A stretch of 64,000 nucleotides of DNA from Saccostrea cucullata (Eukaryota). The first letter of the stretch is position 1; the number at the start of each line of letters is the position of its first letter. A program made the position numbers and the translations under genes. Below are positions 14,368-25,199 of the stretch, piece by piece. The stretch is from contig NW_026928438.1 of the NCBI RefSeq assembly GCF_032062105.1, positions 186,001-250,000 on the forward strand, in the 5' to 3' direction. Under the pieces are notes generated by a model. That model had not been told where the DNA came from. It did no database searches and was given only the letters and a program-made list of their open reading frames with translations.

Positions 14368-14375
14368 TATAAATA
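14368..14375 (+). promoter_or_regulatory. Candidate TATA box of the secreted-peptide gene
   Basis: TATAAATA about 40 bp upstream of the ATG at 14411, which sits in an ACCATG context. Confidence 0.45.
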
Positions 14376-14410
14376 CTGGGATCCTTCAAGTGAAAAACTA
14401 TACAACAACC

Positions 14411-16706
14411 ATGCAGAGCCCAAGGTTTTTCATCGTGCTGTGTGTTGCTTTAATTGCTTCTTTCTTTGAAGTTGGTGTCACTCAAAGAGTTGGTAAGTTA
14501 TATGTTTTTATTGTTTCAAAGAAAACATTTGAATTTAACTTAATCTATGTTTCACATTTGAGTCCATCTTTCTGCGTAAATTCTGGTAAAATTTATTTTA
14601 AGTTTTCAAATCCATAATAGTTTTTTCAATGAAAAGCTGTCGTTTGACCCAAGGACAGATCCACCCTTGGTTATGGAAGCGTACAGAGCTCTACACTTGT
14701 TGTTACATTGTATAACTTTGTATATAATGTATTTTATCGTCTAATCAGTAATCAGTAAACATTTATAAAGTGTTATACCTCCTTATTTATGCACATATTT
14801 TTTTGAATTGTATTCTGATGTGTTTTGTTCATATAATTAAAGGTAATTTGCTTTGTTCTATATTTCTTTTTCTAAACACATTTTCTTATTAATACCCCCA
14901 GTCTATATCAATATTTCAGGAACATAAGCAAAATTTAATATTAATGTTTTTTATTAAAATTAAAATATCTGAAGGGTTCTTGATTATATATTTTTTTTCA
15001 GAAAGGGGCTTTTTGTCATAGATGGTCAAACCTTGTTATGTTGTAGAAGAGAAATGTTATGATTATATAATGCTTATAAAACTGGATACCTTGCAAACTA
15101 GATGTCTCCGTAGAATACTGAAGATATTCTGGCCAAACAAGATCACCAACGAGGAGCTGTATGAAAGAACATGCACAGCTGCTATATCGGACCAGATTAA
15201 AGAAAGACGCTGGAAATGGATTGGCCATGTGATGAGGATGAAACCATCAGAGATACCAAGGGTGGCCCTAAGATGGACTCCACCAGGAAGGAGAAACAGA
15301 GGGCGACCAAAGGAGACATGGCGACGGTCGGTTGAAAAGGAAATGAATGATCAAGGGTGGACTTGGGGCACTGTACAGACAATGGCAGCAGACAGACAGA
15401 GATGGAGGTCCTCGGTGCAGGCCTTATGTGCTCAAAGCACGAAGAGGACTAAGTAAGTAAGTATAAAACATGACGAACTGTCAAGTAGAATATTTTGTTA
15501 TATGAACTTATACTTATTTCACATGATCTGAGAAGAGACCTGTGAAGAGTGCGTCAATAATGCAGGCTACAATGAAGCATGCGTCTGTGTGGTGGACAAA
15601 AACAGTTGTGAAAATGTTCAGGAAATAAAAAAAATTGTGGGAGATAAAGCGAAAGTAGATTGCTTTGGAAATGATCCATAAGGTATGTTCATAATGTATC
15701 TTTTATTTATTCTTTTTATTTTAATCTGTGTGATTTATCTAGCATTTTAAAAAAAAATCACTCAAGAAATCTGATCTTGAAATAATCAAGATATGTTATC
15801 TCCCGAAGAATTAATCAGTAATTAGATAAATTCTCAATAAAATGATTAAAAGGAATATTTGGTAAAGTATTCTGAAGTTATCATGATATGTGAGTATAAC
15901 CAAAAAATCCAGAAAATTGCAAAAGATTAAATGTTTAGAATTATTAATTCATTGTCATTCAATTTAACAATTAAAAATGTCAAAGAGTATTATCTCAATC
16001 AATTTAAAGTTATCAGACAAAATAAATTCTACGTCTTAAGAAAAAGCTGAGATACAGACTTACTTCAAAGTTACGAATTTTCTTATTTCATATTCCGGAG
16101 GGACAAATCACATTCCTTGTCTATACGAATTCATTAACACATACGGAAATATAGGGAATCTAAATAATTCTTCAAATTAAAATACAATAAATATGGTGAA
16201 GCAAGATTACAAGTAAAATAATTGATAATATACATCGAAATAATACTTTAGAAGACATTATTATACAACTAATTTGATTATATCCTTAAAATATAGTTTT
16301 AATTTCGTAAAATATCTAAGTCTATACAACATTTGTCAATCTGACTTTTCTCTGTTAAACTTTTACAAACGGTGGCAAATAATACATAACAAAGCTGGCT
16401 AAATTTTAAATTACACTTAGCTAAAATATATTTTATTTAGATAATGTATAAAACATTACCAATTCACTCTGAGTGTCGTCTAAAATATATAAATATTACG
16501 CAGATTTAAAATGACTGAACACGCGTTATTTGATTTTAGTATTGTATGGCCAGTTTAACATGACCTTTCTTTTTATAGGTTGATACATTCATTACGCTAT
16601 TTCTATTGTGTAACTCATTCAATTCATTTATTTTCTTTATCTTTTAGATTCCAAAATGGATTTTTCTGAAGACTGGACACACGCTGATGTGTGGAAAGAT
16701 AAATAA
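14411..16706 (+). pseudogene. Three-exon secreted cysteine-rich peptide gene, disrupted (exons 14411-14492; 15002-15082 plus 15470-15682; 16648-16706)
   Basis: Signal-peptide exon MQSPRFFIVLCVALIASFFEVGVTQRV followed by GTAAGT; acceptors TTTTTTTTCAG (15001) and CTTTTAG (16647); donor GTATGT (15683); AATAAA at 16702. Frame is continuous once the RTE insert and one TSD are removed. In-frame stops at 15019, 15529 and 15679. Confidence 0.7.
15083..15461 (+). mobile_element. 5'-truncated RTE-clade LINE insertion
   Basis: Encodes the RTE C-terminus (RRWKWIGHVMR...GRRNRGRPKETWRR...ADRQRWR); (TAAG)n tail; TSD TATAAAAC at 15075-15082 and 15462-15469. Confidence 0.9.
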
Positions 16707-16944
16707 AGATCTGAATCTTCATTTATTCATTTGTTTAATTACTGAATGACTTATATAACCATGTAGATTTGGAGAATAAGTAAGATCCTAACCATTAACC
16801 GTTTTTCTGTCGCATATGGAGAGGAAGTAATGTTGACGGGAAATAAAATGGCGGTACTGTGGGGCCATCATAAAACGTGAATGAGAAAGCTTTTCTCTAT
16901 GGTCTTTGAATAGAAAGCTCAAGAACTAATGAAATGAAACATAT

Positions 16945-17270
16945 GAAGATAACAAAAAGCATTCAAGATCAAAATTCCATAAATAATAAAAGATAAAATC
17001 AGAGAAAATACGGACCTCCAAAACATTAGAAGTGGGATCAGGTGCCATGAAGGAATGAGCATCCCCTGCCTACCTGTCACACCCAACATTGTCATTATCT
17101 GCAAAAAAAACGGAAAATCCGTTGTCAGTTCAGTGTATAAATAATGGACTAACAATTAGTATGAGAAATGTCAGTCAGCATTTGGCTCAATGATAAATTG
17201 TATTTGCCGACAAGGTCATTGTTTTAACCATAGAACTTACGAAATGATGACTTTAAACGAGACTGCTCAT
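16945..17270 (-). mobile_element. Penelope-like retroelement 3' fragment
   Basis: Colinear with 23260-23590 (GGATCAGGTGCCATGAAGGA...GTCACACC; CTTACGAAATGATGACTTTAAACGAGACTGCT). Confidence 0.75.
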
Positions 17271-18149
17271 TTCATTAATAAATAACGCTAAGTAATAACA
17301 TTTCAAAAAGTTGTCTTAATTTTACACAATCAATGTAAATTAAAGAACATGCATGTATTTGTATGACATGTGTATTTTTTAGGAGGGGAAGTAATATTTC
17401 ATAACCTTACAATTTTAATACTTCATACAAAACATCAGGGGTCCGTTTTCCAGAAGACCTTACACCTAAGACCAAAAACTTGAGATGGTTGTAAAATTTT
17501 TCAAAACTAATAATTCTGTTTAAAATTGCTAGCTAAAAATATCTCACTACATTTCTTTCTAAAAGATTGAACCCATTTTCAATATAATGTAAATAAAGAA
17601 GTTATTAGTAAATTTAATTTTTGGTCTTAACTATTTTCCACTCATCAAATAGTCCATTTTCTTCCTCCTCCAAATATGTTCTGATCTGACAAATACAATC
17701 ATTCCAAGTCAACTTACAAATCCTTATTCATAATGGACTCTCAATATATTTGTTGTGAATAACAGATTTAAAGAAATAAATTGAGTTAAAGATCATGAAA
17801 TGGGTATAAAATGCCCTCATGAGAGAATGGAAGTTAGATGATGAGAGAGAGGGATCTAATATGTGTTGCATGCGATCACCACTCTTTAATTAAAAATTAT
17901 TTAAATATTATCATATTGTACTTACCTGTGATGTTCTAAGATGTGGGAATCATGTACAGACCCAGGCCAGGATGCATTAATATTTGTAACTTTTCCTGTA
18001 ATAGATGTAGTTAAGTAGCAGTTATAGTTATCAACAACTAGTAATTGATTATTACTTAAATTGTATCCTTATTGAATTGATTTCAAACACATGCACTTTC
18101 TACGAGGTGGGGGAGGGTGGGGGCAGGTGGTGCATTATTTAATATTAAT

Positions 18150-20974
18150 CCCGCACCTCAGATCTCCAGATTTCCGCATTATTCCGCATTTTTTCCTCAT
18201 TTTAATATGGAAAAAATGTGGAAAAAAATACGGAGAAAATTAACAATACGGAAAAGCAGAAAATATACGGAAATAATCCGGAAAATAAACGGAAATAATA
18301 TGGAGAATTGGACTTAGTCTATTTTTCATCTGGAAAAATATTGAACTCTTAACTTAGAATATTTTTCATCCGGAAAAAATACGGAGCTCTGGACTTAGAA
18401 TTTTTTCATCAAGAACAAGATGTGTTTGTGAGACACAGTATTACCTGGCGGCAACATTAAGTTCTAAAAAGCAATTTTTAGCAAATGGGTCTCAGTCAAG
18501 GTCACACAATCATTGTTCTTGGTGTCATTTGAAAGCACTTTATTAGTGTAGTATGCATACCAAATATTAAGTCTCTATCATCTATGGTTCAAAAGTTATG
18601 GCGAAAATTCGAAAAAAGCTATATTTAGCACATAGGTCACAATCAAGGTCACAAGGTCATTGATCTTGGTGTCAGTTGAATGTGCCTAATTAGTGGAGTA
18701 TGCATACCAAATATGAAGTCTCTATCTCTCACGGTTTTAAAGTTATGGCGAAAGTTCGAAAAAGCTATTTTTAGCATAAAGGTCCCAGTCAAGGTCACTG
18801 ACCTTGGTGTCAGTTGAAAGTGCCTAATTAGTGGAGTATGCATACAAAATATGAAGTCTCTATCTCTCACCGTTCAGAAGTTATGGCGAAAGTTCCAAAA
18901 AGCTATTTTTAGCATAAAGGTTACAGTCATGGTCACAAGGTCATTGACCTTGGTGTCAGTTGAAAGTGCCTAATTAGTGGAGTATGCATATACCAAATAT
19001 GAAGTCTCTATCTCTCATGGTTCAGAAGTTATGGCGAAAGTTCAAAAAAGCTATTTTTAGCATAAAGGTCACAATCAAGGTCATAAGGTCATTGACCTTG
19101 GTGTCAGTTGAAAGTGTTTTTGTAGTGGAGTATCCATACCAAATATGAAGTCTCTAAGTCTCACAGTTCAAAAGTTATGGCGAAGGTTGACAACAGACAA
19201 ACAAACAGACAGACATACAGCTATATAAACAGACAGACAGGACAAAAACAATATGCGCCCCGAAAAAATTTGGGTGCATAAAAACTGTCTTGGAGTTAAC
19301 AGCAGTTTCTCTGTTTCTCCTGAATGTTATGTACAATTTGATCGGGATCGGAAGAATGTTTCAAAAAGTCGGGCTCAGTGATCAATTAATTTAAACAACA
19401 GACCGCCAAAATTTAACCTTGGCCTCCATGTTGCAACGTCTGCTCTGTCTAAAGGAAGAAGTTTGTTGACCAGACAGCCTGAGATCGTATTGCTGTATCA
19501 ACCAAAAGATGCAGATACACGTATTTCATATGCGGTAGGTCAGTCATATTTTTTTAACATGTGTCTCACTGTGATGATGAAAATAAATACTCTAGGCCTA
19601 GGACTGAGCTACCAGGCTACGTACGTTTCAGCCAATATGCCCATGATTCAAATCTTTCAATCAGCTCATAGAATTTTATTATGGTTAACCACAATTAAAG
19701 GTGTTAATTTTGGGGAGCCATGGGGTGTAATCTCTAGCAATGATTTACCATACATTTTTTTTTTGGTAGCGTCTGTGCATGAGGAGGAGATTTCTGAATA
19801 TTCAACTTACTGCGATTTTAACGGGCTTAAAGCTTGGTCCATGGATGGTTATGTTTGAGGTATATATATTCTTTTTTTTCTTTTTTTATTGCTTGTTTAA
19901 TTAAAAACAGTCAACTATGATTGTCATTATTATAAATAATATTTTAAACAAATTGATATTAAATTGAAGAACCCAAACTTGTGTTTATAAAAAGATTTGA
20001 AAAGGAATAAAAGCAATGAATTTAAATTTTATTAATATTGCACCATTATAATTTAAGTACTTTTTTTTAATTGATAGGATTTGCCAATTCGACCGCAAGT
20101 GCTGCTGCAAGAAATTAAACATGCAGAGACCTTACAAATTACAAAGAAGTCTGAAGAAAATTTTTATTGGACAGATGGGTGTAAAGCACAGACCTGAGAT
20201 ATAAATTGAATTGTGAGAAATATGAATCAGGGATGCAGGTAGAAAATGGCAAATGTGATCCAGATTGATAAAAAATGTCTAAAATTTTTTCTTGTTTTGT
20301 AAATATTCAATGCTATGTCAATTGTTATTTTTTCCCCAATACCTAATAGTGTTGAACATTTCACTCCCACTTTTGCTTAAATAGAATGAATAAATTTCCA
20401 TTTATTTAATATGAATATTAAAAAATGCCACATTTTTTCCATGATGAACTTGTGGCTTAAATAAGAGTTCCAGTTTTTTTTCCATACATGCTCCTATTTG
20501 TTTGTCAAAGATATAAGATCCAATACATTGCTCATGAACATAATGTGTAATTTTGTTCATTCATTTATATGTTTTTTTCTCATAATGATATAATAAATTG
20601 TATATAATTTTGCACATTGTTGATGGTTTTGTAAATATTTATGTATGTATGCATCATGTAGCGGTTTTATTAGCCATTTTATTACCATGTGATTAACTCC
20701 GTATTTTCTCCAGATTTCCGTATTTCCGCATTTTATCAACCAAGTAAATACCTCCATATTTTGTATATATGGAAATGCGGAAATCTGGAGAGAATACGGA
20801 AAAAGAGTCCAAATACTCCCATCCACATTTTCTCCATATTTTGAATACGGAGAAAATCTGGAAATTTGAATCTACGAAAATCTGGAATGAATGCGGAAAA
20901 TTAGTCCAAATACTCTCGTCCGCATTTTTTCCTTATTTTGAATAAGGAAAAAATGTGGAGATCTGAGGTGCGGG
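18150..20974. mobile_element. EnSpm/CACTA-like non-autonomous element
   Basis: Perfect 19-bp TIRs CCCGCACCTCAGATCTCCA / TGGAGATCTGAGGTGCGGG, 2-bp TSD AT, subterminal CGGAAAA/TTTCCG repeats at both ends. Confidence 0.75.
18414..19284 (+). mobile_element. CvA/pearl-type Helentron-like element with ~5 tandem ~145-bp core repeats
   Basis: AACAAGATGTGTTTGTG head; AAGTTATGGCGAA recurs at roughly 18592, 18739, 18878, 19026 and 19171; (ACAG)n; terminal stem-loop plus GCATAAAAA. Confidence 0.85.
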
Positions 20975-23089
20975 ATATAACTTTGGAGGACATTACTTGC
21001 AATGTTCATAGATTCAATGTAATATATTCAATAACCAATTGCAAATACATATGGAAAATACATAATGTATATCATTCAAGATTAGATTCATAAAAAAAAA
21101 TAAATATTGGACTAAAATTATTTTTATTTTAAATTATTTTTTATATTCACACCTATATCTTCAGATCAATCTCTTTTTCATTTTTTATTTACCACATGAA
21201 TTTATTTTTCTTTTACATGCACTACTCTTTTGTGACAATGCACTGATGTATTTTAACATGTACTTGCTGTAAAATGAATACTCAGTAGAGGGATCCGCCA
21301 CATTATTTTTCGACGGGGAGGTTTCTCTACATGACATGCATAGATCATTTTAAAAAATCGTTTAAACAATGAATACACAACTATAGTACGATAATTAGGA
21401 AGAGGGATTGTTAAAGGATGTGTGGAAAACCTATTAATTCAATACATGTATATAGAAATTACGAAGTTTTAGTACATGTTTGAAAACCCCATCGATAGAA
21501 AATGATACAAGGGGCCTTAAAAAGTCAGTTATATTTACAATCACATACACATGGTCACATACAGCTTGGACATTGATGATGTGGTATCCTTTCCTATTTA
21601 CGAAGAAATTTTCGTCCTGTGATGGGGCCTGGATCCGCGTACATGAGTCCCATCAATGCATCCGACTACATTGGGGAAACCTGCTAGCCGGTAAACCCTG
21701 TTTTAATGCAATTTTTTTTTTGTTGCTTCAGGCCACTGAATAAAAGTGTCAGCTTTCGCAACCAGTGCTTCGGTGACTCTCTTAATGGTGCGGGATACTC
21801 TCCTTTTGTCAAACCCTGTCCAAACTTGAGTATCATGTATATTTTTTTCTATATGGAAAGACTATTTAATTAGCGTTTTGCGTTTAATCATACAGGATAT
21901 AACTACGAAATTTTCAAAGCACTGTGTCGTAGCTATTTTACTTGAACTTTCATCATAAAATTTCAACTTGAGTTTATTTTATAACAATTATGTAAAACAT
22001 GTTCTATAGTCTTTTAATTGTACCTAGAGTATCCCCGACAACCTGCAAAAAGCTGCCACTTGCAAGGTAGCGCAAGGTAATCATTACTTGATGCTGGACG
22101 CTATGCGCACAGTTCCTATTGGTGGCTCTTTCCAAGTCATTTTTCTTCTTAATTCAGCATCAGTCCAACCCTCTAATTTCGTGTGAAGTCGAAAAACACG
22201 CTGTTTTCTAGGTCCAGGCGGGTGATTTAAAAAGTTGGCGGCCATATTTAATCACGGTATTAACTTCTTAATCTACCTACCGTAGGTGGATTAAATCTAA
22301 CACAGATTTAACACCTTGTTATTGAACAGCACTTAACAATGTGGTTAAATTTAACACATTATTTAACACAGAGTAAACACTAAACACCTTTTGAACAACC
22401 AGGCCCAGAAGAATGGAAATTTATCTAGAAACATTAATATATTTATGTAGATATTTATTGTATCCCAAACAACAGGAATACAAGTGAAAAGGGTAGAAAG
22501 AAGAAAAAAAAAGAATATGATATGATTTTTAAGATTCCTTAAATGGGAGGAGTTCGTGCAACAACCTTTTAAGAAATCACAATTTAAGGAATATCTTACG
22601 AGAAATGTAAGACAAAATAAAAACTTTGTAACAGCCATTAAGACTACATATTTAGCAAATTTTAAAAACATATTCATAACTTTTAGGCTTGTTATCAATA
22701 AAGAATGATTCCATCGAAGCAATGAAAAAAAACCCTCTCATTTCCCTATCTGCACATTCTAACACAACTACAAATAGATCGGCCGCTGCGGCCGATAGTG
22801 ACTTAAGCTGCATATTTCCAATCCTGCCAGTTAATATTCCGCGGTTTTAAAATTTATAAAGATTCTAAAGTTTGAGATCTAGAATGAGGTAAAAAACGAG
22901 TTTTACTTTATTTAATTTCATGGACGTGTAACTATTTTCACAGCCTTCAAATAAAATTGTTTTTATATCTCAACTTTACAAAAACAGCCGAGTGATATTG
23001 CGATTAATATTGACTCGTGACTTTGACGCTAAATGATTACGTCCCCCCTTTTGTTGAAAACAGGGGTTTGAGGAAGTTCTAAACATAAA

Positions 23090-23258
23090 AAAAGAGATAT
23101 CTCTTTAACTTACAAAGATATCTCTCTGAAGAAAGAGTTATCTCTATTCACGAAAGAGATATCTCTTAGAAAAAGAGATATCTCACTAAGTAAACGAGAT
23201 ATCTCGCCGAGTATAAGAGATGTCTTTTTCTTAGAGAGATATCTCTTAAAGAAAGATA
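23090..23258. repeat. Array of palindromic GAGATATCTC motifs (left part)
   Basis: About 9 units at 19-22-bp spacing; the array resumes at 29545. Confidence 0.8.
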
Positions 23259-23947
23259 TGGAGATAACGAACAGTATTCAATATCAAAGTTCATGAAACA
23301 ATACGAAATAGGAGAAGAGCAAACACGGACCTACGAAACATCAGAGGTTGGATCAGGTGCCATGAAGGAGTTAGTATCCCCTGCTGACCGGTCACACCCG
23401 CCGTGTGCTCTTTGTCATGGTCGGGAAATAACGGAGATATCCGTCGTCAACTCAGTGTATAAACAATGGACTAACAATTAGTATGAAAAACGTCAGTCAG
23501 CATTCGACTCAATGATGAATTGTATTTGCTGTCAAGGTCATTGTATCGACCTTAGAACTTACGAAATGATGACTTTAAACGAGACTGCTGATATTCTTGT
23601 TTCATCAACTTGCTTGTCAAGGGTGAAACAACATGGCGTTCGAAGGGAGCGGACGTGTCTATTGAGACGCTCTTTTTCCAACCGGTATCTGGCTGATTAA
23701 CTTGTTGGCTGTGTTACTATGTGTTACTATATGATGTCCCTATGTTGATATATCCTATTTGAAGATTCTATTCTGATATTTGGGTGCATTTTTTGCAGTG
23801 TTTTGTCAAAAAAGAGTGTTTCTATATATAGCGATACAGGTAAACGGGCAATAGTGCTATAGTGAGACGTGTTCACCTGTTCACTCCGTGTTAAACGTGC
23901 GTGAAGGAATTATTAAAAACACTCGCTTATTCCAAAATTATTCCAAA

Positions 23948-24868
23948 ATGCCGGGGTCGGGTACAAAGAAAGCTTCTAAAGAAAAAGAAAAAGGGGATTC
24001 CGACGTGGAGTTCAGTTTTGAAGAGGTAAGCAAGTCACTTGATAAAATCCAAAGCGACATAAATGAAGTGAAACATGACCTGAAGAAAACGGTCAAGGAT
24101 GAGAAACTTGAAGCTCTTGTGACAAATATTATTAAAAATCTCCTCAAAGAAAATAATAAAGAACAAGAAACCATTATTAAAACTGAGGTTGACAAACGCT
24201 GTAAACTCATAGAAGAGAACTATAACAAGAAGATAGAAAGAATGAATCAGAATATTGAGGCACTTGAGGGGAAAGTGGAGAATTTAACTGAAAAACTCCA
24301 TGAATGCAAAAAAGAATTGCGCGAATCCAAACAACTCCAAGAAGAAACGCAACAAATATCAGTGGAGGCTCTTCGGCGAAGCAACTATAACGAGCAGTAT
24401 TCTCGCAAGCACAATTTCAAAATTATGGGCCTTCCTGAGGATAAAAAGGAAAACACATGGGAACTAGCCAAAAATTTCATTGAAGAGAACGCAGAAGTCG
24501 AATTACATGATCACGAAATTGTAGCAATACATAGGATTCCTGGGGAAGCGGGAAAACACCGACCAATACTGGTAAAGGTCCTAAACACAGACGTGAAGGC
24601 AAGGGTGATGAGGAAAAGATCAACGATCAAAGGAATGGGCAATGGGCTTAAATTAGTTGATGATGTGACACGTGCAAACGCCGAGTTAATCAACCAGCTA
24701 TTGCAATTCCAGGAAATTGAAAGTGCATGGTATTTCAATGGTGCAGTGTATGGAAAACATAAAAACAACAAAAACAAAAGAATAAAATTTGACATCACAG
24801 ACGACATAAAAGCAAAATTGAGAAAATTCAAAGATCATTCCGAGAAAAACATTCCTGAAGACGAGTGA
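23948..24868 (+). CDS. LINE ORF1p (coiled coil plus L1-type RRM/CTD)
   Basis: Heptad-rich coiled coil followed by NEQYSRKHNFKIMGLPE, IHRIPG and RPILVK motifs typical of L1 ORF1; first ATG at 23948. Confidence 0.9.
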   Translation: MPGSGTKKASKEKEKGDSDVEFSFEEVSKSLDKIQSDINEVKHDLKKTVKDEKLEALVTNIIKNLLKENNKEQETIIKTEVDKRCKLIEENYNKKIERMNQNIEALEGKVENLTEKLHECKKELRESKQLQEETQQISVEALRRSNYNEQYSRKHNFKIMGLPEDKKENTWELAKNFIEENAEVELHDHEIVAIHRIPGEAGKHRPILVKVLNTDVKARVMRKRSTIKGMGNGLKLVDDVTRANAELINQLLQFQEIESAWYFNGAVYGKHKNNKNKRIKFDITDDIKAKLRKFKDHSEKNIPEDE

Positions 24869-25026
24869 ATCCAGAAAATCAATATCTGCTTTGTTCTGTT
24901 CGGTTTTGTGTTTACGATGTGAATTCGGAAAAATAATATCTGCTTTGTTCTGTTCGGTTTTGTGTTTACGATGTGAATCCGGAAAAACAATATCCGTTTT
25001 GTTCTGTTCGGTTCTGTGTTTGCGAT
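24865..25026 (+). repeat. 3 x 54-bp tandem repeat in the LINE inter-ORF spacer
   Basis: Units start GTGAAT at 24865, 24919 and 24973 and share TTTGTTCTGTTCGGTT.TGTGTTT.CGAT. Confidence 0.9.
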
Positions 25027-25199
25027 GTATCAATGCCAGTCAAGTTCCGGTTTGTGAGAAACAAGAACGCATTGGACAGTGCAGTGGCACGCCTACCTCT
25101 GTCTCTCTTTAACATTTGTTTTTTTTTCTTTTGCAAATTGTATGGGTCTGAGGGTGAGTGGTGTGTATGCGGGTGAATGGAAAATCTATAAGATACAAA

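Noticed and set aside
14390-14617. 75-aa single-exon ORF
   Set aside because: Only 14411-14492 looks coding; the rest follows a GTAAGT donor and is intron-like.
17030-17090. SECIS serving the TGA of the Cys-rich gene
   Set aside because: The hairpin is antisense to the gene and lies beyond the AATAAA at 16702.
24865-25026. CRISPR-like array (also considered for 23090-23258 and 18414-19284)
   Set aside because: No unique spacers, eukaryotic TE context and no cas genes.
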